Position numbers and translations under genes: made by a program
Part shown: positions 26,026-34,948 of the stretch, piece by piece
Position numbering within the stretch: position 1 is the first letter of the stretch
How the letters are laid out: every line of letters starts with the position of its first letter
Virus genome (UHGV): UHGV-1383708
Length of the DNA stretch: 41,056 nt
Origin: a virus
Strand: one strand, 5' to 3'
The notes under the pieces: generated by a model
What the model was told of the DNA's origin: nothing
Seen by the model: the letters and a program-made list of their open reading frames with translations, nothing else
The model's database searches: none

Positions 26026-27501
26026 TTAAGCATAGGGATCGTAATCTGTAATGGCCTTGCCTTGCTGGTTCTGCTGCCCGGGAATTCGCAGACGCTTAGA
26101 CACAGGGAACGCAAACGTCAGCAGTAGCGCATCGCCTTTACCCGGCGAACGCCCAAGCCGCTCCTTGATATCTTCCTTCGGTTCGATAACGATTTTACCG
26201 TCCACTCGAACTTTGTACTCTGCCGCCGACAGGTCGTCTGCTGTTTCCTGGTCATCCAGCATCCCGCCCAGCCTCAGCCATGTCTTGCATGAGTTGAACA
26301 TCTCCCCACGCTTGTTGAGCATCTGCGGGTCAGTAGACGCGCCACCGAACGGAACAAGTTGCCATGTACGACCCCAGCCGTCACCGATTGACTTCAGACC
26401 AGTTCCGTAACCGAAGTCGATGAACACTGCGTCAGCCTGGTACTGGTCTTCAAAGTCAGCGATACGCTTCGCCATTATCAGATCGTCAGTGGTCTTGTTG
26501 CCAGTCCACAGCACCTTACTGTGCAGCCCCTGCCGCAGGTATATCACAGCGTCATCAACTCCGGAGTATGCCGGGTCAACGCCGATTATCACCGGAGCAT
26601 GTGCAACCTGCGCAGCGGTTACCACCCGTTTCATTGCCTCATCAGTAAGACCGGTAGGGATAAACTGCAATTCAGATGCATCAGGGAATATGCCGCGCAC
26701 ACGGATTTTAACGAAGTCGCTGTCTTCCCCGTAGTCATCAACCCATTTCTGCAACTGCTGTTTGTTAGTACCTTCCACCGTCCGGCTGTCAATCTGCGCA
26801 GTTTTCCAGCGGTGTTTGTATTTGCGGAAACATTCGCGAAAACGCCCGGTATTACGTGTAGGGTTTCCGAACGCCACCCAGATAATCTCAGTGTCTTCGT
26901 CCGTAAGCGCACCCTCAGCAACTTCCCACACCAGATCCGCAATGTTCGACGCTTCATCGAATACCACGATGATGCGTTTGCGCTCGTTGTGTAGTCCGGC
27001 GAATGCCTCAGTGTTGTGCTCAGACCAGGGGATTGCGTCAGCTCGCCACCGCTTGTCGTGCCCAGGATCATTGCTGTACATCGCAGTAGCGGTACAGGTA
27101 AACCAGTCTTTCGTGATAGCAAGGTTCGACCACTTGATAATTTCCGGCCAGGTCTTCGTTCGTAGCTGGTTGTCGGTGTTGGCGGTCACCACGACCTTAC
27201 AATCCTCGCAAGTGGACATGCCCCAGTTGATCAGCATTGAGATGAATGCGGATTTACCAATACCGTGACCAGAAGCGCGTGCCAGCATAAGCGGCTGATA
27301 GCGCGTCTCTGGATTCTGCAGGTGATCACGTATCTCTCGGAACGCATCAGCCTGCCACTGACGTGGGCCGGTAGCATGTGCCAGTTCAGTCCCCTCTTCC
27401 CCCCACGGGAACGCATAGAGGGCATAGCCAAGCGGATCGTGAGTGAACCCTGCAATATCCTCGATCAACTGCTCTTCAGGAGATAACGCTGTATCTGTCA
27501 C
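26026..27501 (-). CDS. Terminase large subunit
   Basis: 491 aa; ATPase region then nuclease region (VIIGVDPAYSG...); follows terS. Confidence 0.85.
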   Translation of the reverse strand: MTDTALSPEEQLIEDIAGFTHDPLGYALYAFPWGEEGTELAHATGPRQWQADAFREIRDHLQNPETRYQPLMLARASGHGIGKSAFISMLINWGMSTCEDCKVVVTANTDNQLRTKTWPEIIKWSNLAITKDWFTCTATAMYSNDPGHDKRWRADAIPWSEHNTEAFAGLHNERKRIIVVFDEASNIADLVWEVAEGALTDEDTEIIWVAFGNPTRNTGRFRECFRKYKHRWKTAQIDSRTVEGTNKQQLQKWVDDYGEDSDFVKIRVRGIFPDASELQFIPTGLTDEAMKRVVTAAQVAHAPVIIGVDPAYSGVDDAVIYLRQGLHSKVLWTGNKTTDDLIMAKRIADFEDQYQADAVFIDFGYGTGLKSIGDGWGRTWQLVPFGGASTDPQMLNKRGEMFNSCKTWLRLGGMLDDQETADDLSAAEYKVRVDGKIVIEPKEDIKERLGRSPGKGDALLLTFAFPVSKRLRIPGQQNQQGKAITDYDPYA

Positions 27502-28094
27502 TGATTACCATCCTGACGTTCTTTGAGTCGCTTCCTGGCTGCCGCTATGCGATCAGCAATTGTCACATTCACATTAACATCCAGGCGTTCTTTGAATGCA
27601 TTGACGTCGACGTGCTTACCAATCAGTTCGAGGTTCTTCACCTTGTCAGGCCATTTAATTTTTTTGAGAATTGTCTCTATCGAATCCTCGTTCATGTTCA
27701 TGATGGTCGATGACAGATCAAAGCCACTAAGCGTAGTGCGCCAGATTTTCGGCCACTCGCGGATTGGCTTAAGGCTCCCATCGTCATTGAGGATATCAAT
27801 CACGTCCATCTGGTCGATCTCCACCAGGCGCATGAGAACGTAATCGGCACTGACGCGCATTCGTTTGTTGCGCTCCTCCATCAACTCGGCAATCCGTTTT
27901 TGAATGCGTTCATCGCGCATCATGACACTGGCTTTAACTGCCGCTGTATTTGGGGAGAATCCTGCGTTAATCGCTGCCTGAGTCTGGTTTTCAGGCGTTT
28001 TGATGTATGACTGGCAATAAGCCTCCTGCATTGCGGTTAGTGGCTTAAATTGCGTTGATTTGCGTTTATAGGTTTTAGGTTCAGCAGGCATCAT
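27498..28094 (-). CDS. Terminase small subunit
   Basis: MQEAYCQSYIKTPENQTQAAINAGFSPNTAAVKASVMMRDERIQKRIAEL typical of Terminase_2-type small subunits; overlaps terL start. Confidence 0.75.
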   Translation of the reverse strand: MMPAEPKTYKRKSTQFKPLTAMQEAYCQSYIKTPENQTQAAINAGFSPNTAAVKASVMMRDERIQKRIAELMEERNKRMRVSADYVLMRLVEIDQMDVIDILNDDGSLKPIREWPKIWRTTLSGFDLSSTIMNMNEDSIETILKKIKWPDKVKNLELIGKHVDVNAFKERLDVNVNVTIADRIAAARKRLKERQDGNQ

Positions 28095-28134
28095 AACCAC
28101 CGTGGTAATAGTTACCGTTGTGGTAATAGTACCA

Positions 28135-28163
28135 TGCAAAATAAAGCCGCCATAGTTGGCGGC
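28135..28163 (-). terminator. Intrinsic terminator upstream of terminase small subunit gene
   Basis: GCCGCC-N6-GGCGGC hairpin followed by UUUAUUUU on minus strand. Confidence 0.55.
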
Positions 28164-28204
28164 AGTATTCAAAACCCATCAAATTCATCATGCATAATCT
28201 ACTC

Positions 28205-28216
28205 GTGACATGTCAC
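28205..28216. repeat. Perfect 12-bp palindrome GTGACATGTCAC (copy 3)
   Basis: Exact; overlaps stop of gene 28213-28560; ~42 nt from minus-strand terminator. Confidence 0.8.
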
Positions 28217-28560
28217 ACTATTAATTTCGTTTCATGCCAGCCTTTAGTCACCCAGCATTGCGAGTCACCATTACACGGGCATGAATTAACGGGAACTCTC
28301 TCGCCGCACTTACCGCAAAGTTTTCTGCTGATCGATTTTATACGCCCGCGCACACGTGCATCATCCTGGCGGATCAGCAGCGCGATGTACTCGGCCATTT
28401 CATAGGGATCGCGACCAGGGCGCCGGGCGGCGCAGTTCCGCGCCAGCATTTCCTGCTCCTGCTTATCCAGCACCAGTTCAATTTTGCGCTCACCGGCGGC
28501 GGACTGCCGAGCGCGCTGCGCGGCTTTGCGTTCTGCGGGGGATTTAGCCACGAATCGCAC
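28213..28560 (-). CDS. Hypothetical basic protein with C-terminal Cys cluster (Zn-ribbon-like)
   Basis: 115 aa; CGKCGERVPVNSCPCNGDSQCW; last gene before the terminase operon. Confidence 0.5.
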   Translation of the reverse strand: MRFVAKSPAERKAAQRARQSAAGERKIELVLDKQEQEMLARNCAARRPGRDPYEMAEYIALLIRQDDARVRGRIKSISRKLCGKCGERVPVNSCPCNGDSQCWVTKGWHETKLIV

Positions 28561-28666
28561 TCCACGCCAGATTGATTAATGACTCCCAGGTAATATAAAC
28601 CCGGATACCAGCAACCAGGCCGAAACCAATCACCATGGCATAAAGCAGAGCGTTGCACTTGTTCAT
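28544..28666 (-). CDS. Small hydrophobic peptide (40 aa), single TM
   Basis: AGGAGGTGA RBS; MNKCNALLYAMVIGFGLVAGIRVYITWESLINLAWSAIRG; overlaps both neighbours. Confidence 0.35.
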   Translation of the reverse strand: MNKCNALLYAMVIGFGLVAGIRVYITWESLINLAWSAIRG

Positions 28667-29595
28667 CACTTCACCTCCTGCGGCGGTTCTGGTAGCGGCA
28701 TCCAGTGGGTTACTTTCGATGCCGGTTCTTCCCCATCGTCAGTAACTGCCCACCATTTGTTTCTCGACCAATCGTAATACCCTTCGAAGGTATCGCACTC
28801 AGTCCAGCCGTAAGACTTACCCCAACACCAAACATACTGTTTATCGTTCGGCATTCGCTCACTACAGCTTATCCAACCATCCGGAGTTGCCGGAGTTGGT
28901 CCATCGAATTCGGGCATGTCAGGACCTTTTCTGATAGCTTTAGCCAGCTCCAGCGGGTCATCGTAAAGCCAGTCGCCAGTTTGTGGGTGATTTGCTTCTG
29001 CAAGCTGCGCAGCCCATTCAAGACCATCTTTTTGACCTTGGAGATAATCAAGCGGCAACTCTTCATGATTACTTGCAGGTTCGGCACTATGAAGCATGGC
29101 AGCGTGGCAGGCATCCTCTACGCCTTTAACTGCATCTGCGCAGTAGTTATAGCGATTGCATTCCACTAACTTCTGCTTGAGATTTTCAATTGCTTGCGCG
29201 ACATCATCCTGTATTTCCGGAACTGGCGGAACGGCTGTCTGCTGCTCTCGAACGTCATTAGTCGCTATCGGTTCTGCTGCCAACTGACTGGCATATTTGT
29301 TAATGGTAACGATAAGCTCTTGCTCGGCCTCATCCAGACAATCACCGATACCTCGCCTGTCACCGTCAAAATCATCGAAATCGGCACGAATCTTGGCAAC
29401 CTCCCGGATTGCGGACAACACTTCACCAGGAATAAGCCGAGAGTTGCCAGATAGTGCATTCTGCTCCAGCGATGCCAGAGCAATTCGTGCCAGTTCTTCC
29501 GCTTCTTCTGCTGGCAGTACAACGTTGCTACCAGGTCCGTATGTTTCGCGCCACTGCTGGATTGTCAGCAGGCGTTCTTTGGTAATAGTGATCAT
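28666..29595 (-). CDS. DUF551-domain protein with Ead-like N-terminal region
   Basis: C-terminus WISCSERMP...KVTHWMPLPEPP characteristic of DUF551. Confidence 0.6.
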   Translation of the reverse strand: MITITKERLLTIQQWRETYGPGSNVVLPAEEAEELARIALASLEQNALSGNSRLIPGEVLSAIREVAKIRADFDDFDGDRRGIGDCLDEAEQELIVTINKYASQLAAEPIATNDVREQQTAVPPVPEIQDDVAQAIENLKQKLVECNRYNYCADAVKGVEDACHAAMLHSAEPASNHEELPLDYLQGQKDGLEWAAQLAEANHPQTGDWLYDDPLELAKAIRKGPDMPEFDGPTPATPDGWISCSERMPNDKQYVWCWGKSYGWTECDTFEGYYDWSRNKWWAVTDDGEEPASKVTHWMPLPEPPQEVK

Positions 29596-30107
29596 GCTGC
29601 GTTTCCTTCTTTCTTATTAACAATTACACCGTCATATATTTCATTAAGGTGCCCTCTCAACTCCATGCGCCTTAATGCAGATAACATGTAATCGCATTCA
29701 ACCTGCTTATTTCCAGTAAATGGCTTATCGTCAGGATTACCCCAACAGCAATTACCCTTGGGCCACCCATGTACTTTCCGTACTCTTCCGTTAACAACGT
29801 GAAGTAATCCCCAGCCAGGTGGTAAATCCTCAATTGAAATAATTCCTGGCTCACTAATAAAGAATCGCCAGTCGCCCATTCCAAGAGACGGATTTTTACG
29901 AAAACGCTTTTTTCTATCTGCCAACAAGTCAGCACGAGAACACTTCGCCTCTATCAGGCATGATGCTGAATTTCTGAATCCCATAGCATCTGGCTGTTCT
30001 CCGGTACTGGTTACAGCTATAAAGCGGTCATGAAAACAAACCTTGAACCCGTTGCGCTTAAGGAACTTGTACGCAATCTGACAGAGTTCGCGGTGTGTTA
30101 ACGCCAT
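29592..30107 (-). CDS. Putative PD-(D/E)XK-fold nuclease
   Basis: GEQPDAMGF...CLIEAK resembles a PD...(E)xK motif; assignment is inference. Confidence 0.4.
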   Translation of the reverse strand: MALTHRELCQIAYKFLKRNGFKVCFHDRFIAVTSTGEQPDAMGFRNSASCLIEAKCSRADLLADRKKRFRKNPSLGMGDWRFFISEPGIISIEDLPPGWGLLHVVNGRVRKVHGWPKGNCCWGNPDDKPFTGNKQVECDYMLSALRRMELRGHLNEIYDGVIVNKKEGNAA

Positions 30108-30108
30108 A

Positions 30109-30873
30109 TCACTCTCCTTTGATGCCAATGTTTACAGCCTGGCAAGCCTCTTTGAGCACCCAGTCAACAGCGTCTTTCCATGCTCCGGTTTCGACTGGCG
30201 GGTTCTCACGTTTTACCTGCTCATAAAAACGCACCGCTTTAATCAGTCCTTCAGGTACTACTGGCGATGGCTGTTTAGCTTCTAAATCAGCAATTCTGTC
30301 AACTACGGCATCTACTGCATCTGAAAAACCGAACCAGTTACTCCACTCAGGCCTATCCCCGGTTGCTGCAAAATACATATCAGCTAAAGCAGACTCAGCA
30401 TGGTCACGCTCGTTAATGAGTTGCTCTTCGCTTTTCTCCAGTTCAGCAATACGCTTACTTCCATCCGAGATAACACCTTCGTAATACTCGCGTTGCTCGT
30501 TGAGTTTTGATTTTGCTTCCTCAAGCTCAACACGCAGCTTCCCTACCGTTAGCGCAATATCCTCGTTCTCCTGGTCACGGTGTTTGATGTATTGCTGGTT
30601 TCTTTCCCGTTCATCCAGCAGTGCCAGCACGGTAGATGGACTGGCTGCGGCGATGAATTCAGCATTGGCCTGCTGTTCCATTTGGAAATCTTCATCGAAA
30701 CCGCTTTCTGGATGCGCTCCTTCAATTCTGCAAATAGGAATATATCCAGCAACTTCACGATGAATTAGCGCATCATCACCATCAAATCGGCTCTCTCCAT
30801 ATTCGAGCGACCATACACCACACGTTGCTTTTTCTGCCTTGGCACGCAGTGCCTGATAGTCAATCTTGCTCAT
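30109..30873 (-). CDS. Ead/Ea22-like coiled-coil protein
   Basis: 254 aa; acidic coiled-coil middle region; position in early accessory block. Confidence 0.5.
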   Translation of the reverse strand: MSKIDYQALRAKAEKATCGVWSLEYGESRFDGDDALIHREVAGYIPICRIEGAHPESGFDEDFQMEQQANAEFIAAASPSTVLALLDERERNQQYIKHRDQENEDIALTVGKLRVELEEAKSKLNEQREYYEGVISDGSKRIAELEKSEEQLINERDHAESALADMYFAATGDRPEWSNWFGFSDAVDAVVDRIADLEAKQPSPVVPEGLIKAVRFYEQVKRENPPVETGAWKDAVDWVLKEACQAVNIGIKGE

Positions 30874-30874
30874 G

Positions 30875-31174
30875 TCACATCACCCTGAATCCGTTGCATT
30901 TACGTAAAAAATCGCAGATATAGCCCTTCATTTTTTCATGCCAATCCCGATCATTCCCATTGCACCAACCATCAGGTGGAGTCCAGTTTTCTATCAGAGC
31001 AGCCATTTTCTTTGCTTTCGCCGGAGTAGCTGTTGCGGTATCGCAGTAATGACGAGTGTCAACAAACTTATCCATGCCATCGATATCAAGTACGCAAAAC
31101 CATGTGTGATTCGGCATTTCAACAGATGGTATTTGTTGCCCACGTCGACGTTTATCAATAAGACATACAGTCAT
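30875..31174 (-). CDS. Hypothetical protein (99 aa)
   Basis: ORF with overlapping start/stop to neighbours. Confidence 0.45.
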   Translation of the reverse strand: MTVCLIDKRRRGQQIPSVEMPNHTWFCVLDIDGMDKFVDTRHYCDTATATPAKAKKMAALIENWTPPDGWCNGNDRDWHEKMKGYICDFLRKCNGFRVM

Positions 31175-31716
31175 GGTTCCACCTTCTCTATTTGCTTAAG
31201 ACCGTCTCTCACTGCATTAAGTACGCGTTCCAGATACTGGTATTTCGGGTTTGGTATCGTTGGCCAGTTGGCATACCACGGCTCATCACCAAAGAGATTC
31301 AGTAGTTTGTTACCGACGCCGAAACAGCAGCAGCTTTCTTTTACGTCATCGGCGTTTTCCGCCTCGTACCACATTTCGCGAGCCAGTACGGCGTCGATTT
31401 CTCTCTCTCTTCGTAACTTTATGATTTCTGACTTCACGAAAAGCAGATTTGCATCGTTGTCATCGTCGACCGTGCTTCGCAGTTGAGGGTCGAAATTGTC
31501 GATTAGATAGTCGTTGCTGACTCGCTTAATGAACGTCTGCACATCATCACCGCCCATAGCAAACCAAGCCGCAGTCCACGCTTTTCCGTAGCAGGTGATG
31601 GTGATTCTTCCCTTTCCAGGTTCATAGTTTTCAATCATCACTCGAACCGGATCTAGTCTCTCTGCACCGGTTATAACGAATGACAACACATCAATCTTTT
31701 CAACCGTTACACTCAC
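31171..31716 (-). CDS. Hypothetical protein (181 aa), GTG start
   Basis: AAGGAGG RBS 6 nt before GTG; start overlaps upstream stop. Confidence 0.5.
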   Translation of the reverse strand: MSVTVEKIDVLSFVITGAERLDPVRVMIENYEPGKGRITITCYGKAWTAAWFAMGGDDVQTFIKRVSNDYLIDNFDPQLRSTVDDDNDANLLFVKSEIIKLRREREIDAVLAREMWYEAENADDVKESCCCFGVGNKLLNLFGDEPWYANWPTIPNPKYQYLERVLNAVRDGLKQIEKVEP

Positions 31717-32192
31717 TGGTTGCCTCCTTTGCGAAGCTGTTCCGCACAATGCAGCAGGGCGTCCGTCGCATATTTAAGCCTCACTAGCTCACCATCATCC
31801 ATTCCCGCGAGATTCGCGTGTTTAACGAACGCCGAGCAAAGGTCATTAAACGCCTGCGCACGTACTTCAGCCAGGAAAGCATCGGTGGCTGGAGTTTCGA
31901 TATCGTTAATTTCAGGAAGAATCTCTTCCCATGTAGCGATATCGCCATTCAAATGCCATCCGGCAATTCCACTGGAGTTATCCGCAACACTCCGAACGGC
32001 TTCAATAGTTTCATGCATTGCCGCACTCTCCGCCGCCAGCGCATTAGCACGCACCAGTTGCACTTCCAGTTGCGTTGCCAAATCGCTGATCAGCTTTGCC
32101 ACACTGCGCATATCAACGGCACCACATTCTGCTTTCAGTTCCGAAGCCATCTCATGCCCGGCGGCAACTAACCCTTTGATATTACTTTCCAT
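31713..32192 (-). CDS. Hypothetical protein (159 aa)
   Basis: ORF in leftward operon. Confidence 0.5.
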   Translation of the reverse strand: MESNIKGLVAAGHEMASELKAECGAVDMRSVAKLISDLATQLEVQLVRANALAAESAAMHETIEAVRSVADNSSGIAGWHLNGDIATWEEILPEINDIETPATDAFLAEVRAQAFNDLCSAFVKHANLAGMDDGELVRLKYATDALLHCAEQLRKGGNQ

Positions 32193-32253
32193 CTTTACCC
32201 TCGCTTATCCACATAACTTATTGATTACATTGATAACTAAATAGATCGTCGAT

Positions 32254-32601
32254 TCAGAACTCTTCGATGTTCCAGCCACCACCTGCTTTCTTTGGTTTAA
32301 CCGTTACCCCGATGATTCGGAACGGATACTGATCTGCGGCGACTTTGGTTTTCACTCTGGCGTCATCGGTCCAGAATCCCCCTTTCACTTCGTGCAGCTC
32401 CATCTCGCCGGTGGCGAGCATCACAGCGAAATCGGGCGTATAGAACGTGTTATTAGCTAACCGCAGCTTGATACCCTCGAATCGATACCAGGCGATTTCC
32501 CCTGCACGTTTACGCAGCTCAAGGTGCTGGCAATACGCAGATTCTGTTTTGTTCATCTGGCCTGTTTTGAGTCGACCAAGAGCCTGTATCTGTTTTCTCA
32601 T
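32254..32601 (-). CDS. DUF1064-like phage protein
   Basis: 115 aa; pattern YTPDFAV...ELHEVKG recalled as DUF1064. Confidence 0.5.
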   Translation of the reverse strand: MRKQIQALGRLKTGQMNKTESAYCQHLELRKRAGEIAWYRFEGIKLRLANNTFYTPDFAVMLATGEMELHEVKGGFWTDDARVKTKVAADQYPFRIIGVTVKPKKAGGGWNIEEF

Positions 32602-32604
32602 GAT

Positions 32605-32619
32605 TTACCCCTGAGGTAA
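32605..32619. promoter_or_regulatory. Operator palindrome TTACC-CCTGA-GGTAA abutting start of DUF1064-like gene
   Basis: Perfect palindrome 4 nt from ATG at 32601; putative minus-strand TTGATT-N17-TTTAAT promoter just upstream. Confidence 0.6.
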
Positions 32620-32666
32620 TTAAAAACCACATAAGACACGAAATCAATAGATTTTAGAATATTTTA

Positions 32667-32681
32667 TTACCCAGCAGGTAA
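32667..32681. promoter_or_regulatory. Operator palindrome TTACC-CAGCA-GGTAA
   Basis: Perfect palindrome upstream of putative middle promoter. Confidence 0.6.
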
Positions 32682-32692
32682 TCATCGAGACG

Positions 32693-32714
32693 TAAAAAAA
32701 TGCGCTATCGCGCT
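32693..32714 (-). terminator. Weak intrinsic terminator just after P-like gene
   Basis: Short GCGC-N4-GCGC hairpin followed by U7 on minus strand. Confidence 0.35.
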
Positions 32715-32718
32715 GGTA

Positions 32719-33519
32719 TTACTTGATAAATCCTGCCGCCTTTCCCCGCCTGTATTCCTCCATCAGCCACTGCGCCGGTGTTATTCCCCCCAGGGTGGCG
32801 GCGTTAGGCATACACCCGAAACTTCGCCCTGGTGGATGGTAAACGTCTCTCCCTGTGTCCGGAGGCGTACTCATGGGCTCTGGCTTTGCCTGTATGCTGA
32901 TCACCGGATCGGGTATCTGCTGTCCGGAAGCCACCTTTTTCGCCCAATCATCGAGCAGCCTGCGCGCGTGTTTCTCAACCTCAATCTCGCTAAGCTGGCG
33001 CTGATACATTGCACGGCGGGTATCACATACGACCCAGTACATAACCGGATGTCGCCACGGGAATCTTTCGGGACCACCAGGATATAAACTTTTTTCCTTG
33101 CTGTACCGGTGAAACTCCGCCATCACATCGTCAATGGTGACGCCAAGAACCATCTTGCTGTCTTTACACCACTTGATGAATTGCCCTGGCGACGGCCAGA
33201 ACGGGGACTCACTGGCGCGGGCGTGGCGCATACCAGCAGAAACCTGTTCACGGGTTCGGATCCCCCCTTCGGCAAACGCAGCAATCCACTGCTGTTTTGC
33301 AGCAACTTCCTGCTCTGGCGTCTTCAGGTTGGTTACCACTGCCGCCGGAAACAGTTGTTTCAGCTGTTTAAAAAGGGCATCAACAAGCCTCTCTGCTGAC
33401 ATGTTCACCACATTGTCATTGTTGACGTACTGATGCTCATAACCTGACATGCGAGAAAGGGCTTCTCCGTCACGGTTTTGTATCGCGGTAAAAACGTTGT
33501 TCACAAGAAATCCTCCCAT
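32719..33519 (-). CDS. Replication protein P-like helicase loader
   Basis: EQVSAGMRHARASESPFWPSPGQFIKWCK aligns with lambda P NGITTMEQVNAGMRVARRQNRPFLPSPGQFVAWCRE. Confidence 0.8.
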   Translation of the reverse strand: MGGFLVNNVFTAIQNRDGEALSRMSGYEHQYVNNDNVVNMSAERLVDALFKQLKQLFPAAVVTNLKTPEQEVAAKQQWIAAFAEGGIRTREQVSAGMRHARASESPFWPSPGQFIKWCKDSKMVLGVTIDDVMAEFHRYSKEKSLYPGGPERFPWRHPVMYWVVCDTRRAMYQRQLSEIEVEKHARRLLDDWAKKVASGQQIPDPVISIQAKPEPMSTPPDTGRDVYHPPGRSFGCMPNAATLGGITPAQWLMEEYRRGKAAGFIK

Positions 33520-34316
33520 GCTTCAGGGCTGTTCCAGTGCGGAACGTTGTTATCAGGTAATGTTGATTGCTTCTGTCTGCTAATCTGCAGCCGCCTTGCC
33601 AGCTTCTGCTCCCACTGTGCCTGATGGTATGCCTTACCCTCAGCCATCCAGTAAATTCTGAACTCTGCAAGTTCCTGTGCCGTTGGCAGACTGTCCAGGT
33701 AGATCCCCTGCAATGAGCTTTTCCGAAGAAAGTCATCTGATGGCTGCCATTGTTCATGCATGACAAATTTGCCTAATTGCCCTGGCCCACCAGGAGGAAC
33801 AAAGTTATTCATCACGGCGTTGTTTGCTCCGGGGTCATGAGGCACAGAATCCCCGCTTTTTGTCCTGCTCTCCCTCTCTTGGTTAAATGACTGGTTATAT
33901 GACTGGTTCTGGATCCCGTTTTTGGGATCATTCAACATCCCGTTTTTGGGATCATTCAACATCCCGTTTTTGGGTATATTCCCGTTTTCGGTAACATTAC
34001 CGTTTTCGGGTTCATTGCCCCCCTCCCGGTTGCCTTTAATGTTCCCGTTTTTGGTTATATTAAGAGAGAAAACCCGCACTCTTTTTGTCGCTCCCTTTCT
34101 CTCTCCGGTATCTGAAATAAGCCCCATTTTCATGAGCGATATAAGCCCGGCCTGCACGGTTTTTTTATTCAGGCAAGTGTCTTTAACGAGGCGTTCTATG
34201 CTGGGGTAGCAGAGGTTATATTCATCGGCTCTGTCAGCCATCGAGAGCAGTATGAGCTTTAATGATGAGCTACCTGGATCTGTCTCCCAGGCCCAATCTG
34301 TTGCATGTCTGCTCAT
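33501..34316 (-). CDS. Replication initiator, lambda O-like, with internal iteron-encoded peptide repeats
   Basis: 271 aa; N-terminal HTH-like region; repeated PKNGMLND peptides encoded by DNA iterons; directly upstream of P-like gene. Confidence 0.7.
   Translation of the reverse strand: MSRHATDWAWETDPGSSSLKLILLSMADRADEYNLCYPSIERLVKDTCLNKKTVQAGLISLMKMGLISDTGERKGATKRVRVFSLNITKNGNIKGNREGGNEPENGNVTENGNIPKNGMLNDPKNGMLNDPKNGIQNQSYNQSFNQERESRTKSGDSVPHDPGANNAVMNNFVPPGGPGQLGKFVMHEQWQPSDDFLRKSSLQGIYLDSLPTAQELAEFRIYWMAEGKAYHQAQWEQKLARRLQISRQKQSTLPDNNVPHWNSPEAWEDFL
33911..34060. repeat. Iteron array (candidate origin) inside O-like gene
   Basis: About six copies of CCCGTTTT(T/C)GG at 18-24 bp spacing, including two exact 24-bp tandem units. 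Confidence 0.7.
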
Positions 34317-34331
34317 GATTAATCTCCGCTA

Positions 34332-34532
34332 TCAGCTTGAATGTTGTGGGGAGGAATTAATCATGATCTGCTTAATCTCTGCCCTGATACGACGGTTTGA
34401 TTCCATGGTGCACTCAACACAGTGTCCGTTGTAAACCCAGCGTTCACTGTCATGTCCGTGCTTACATGTTTTTCCGGTGTAGTAGCGTTTAAGTCCGCGC
34501 TTTGCGGCATCAATACGTGTAATGATTTCCAT
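34332..34532 (-). CDS. Small Zn-binding protein (66 aa) in cII-like position
   Basis: C-x-H-x-H ... H-C-x2-C cluster; between cro-like and O-like genes. Confidence 0.45.
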   Translation of the reverse strand: MEIITRIDAAKRGLKRYYTGKTCKHGHDSERWVYNGHCVECTMESNRRIRAEIKQIMINSSPQHSS

Positions 34533-34682
34533 GGTAAGCCCTGTTATTAGTATTGGGATTACGGTCATTTTGTGCTGACACAAAAAAAATATCAACCATA
34601 TTTGGTTTTTTATTACCTTTGAGGTACGAATAGATATGAAAAGACCGCCGGGTGGCGGTCTACAGAGGGTTGTAGCTGGATA

Positions 34683-34913
34683 TCATGAGTAGAAGAAGTA
34701 TGCCAGTTCTGCTTTTGAGCGCAGCCATTGTCTTGTTTTACAGGCTTTAAAAAGCCCATTCATCAATACTTTACCTGGCATTTTGCGCTTACCTGTTAAG
34801 TGAGTCTGGATATAGTGACTCGTCGTTCCGGCTTCCTGTGCGAAGGCTTCACGCTCATCCGGAGTAAGTGCAAGCCAGTGCTTTTTGAAATCGAAATGTC
34901 CGTTATCGCTCAT
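34683..34913 (-). CDS. Cro/YdaS-like small HTH protein
   Basis: 76 aa; first gene of leftward operon; HWLALTPDEREAFAQEAGTTSHYIQTHLTGKRKMP. Confidence 0.55.
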   Translation of the reverse strand: MSDNGHFDFKKHWLALTPDEREAFAQEAGTTSHYIQTHLTGKRKMPGKVLMNGLFKACKTRQWLRSKAELAYFFYS

Positions 34914-34948
34914 AGCTATTGCCTGATATTTATTTCAGATAATAAATA

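Noticed and set aside
26521-27268. Plus-strand ORFs of 157 and 168 aa
   Set aside because: Antisense within the terminase large subunit gene.
30938-32244. Plus-strand ORFs of 182 and 174 aa
   Set aside because: Antisense to the minus-strand early accessory genes; Ser/Ala-rich low-complexity translations.
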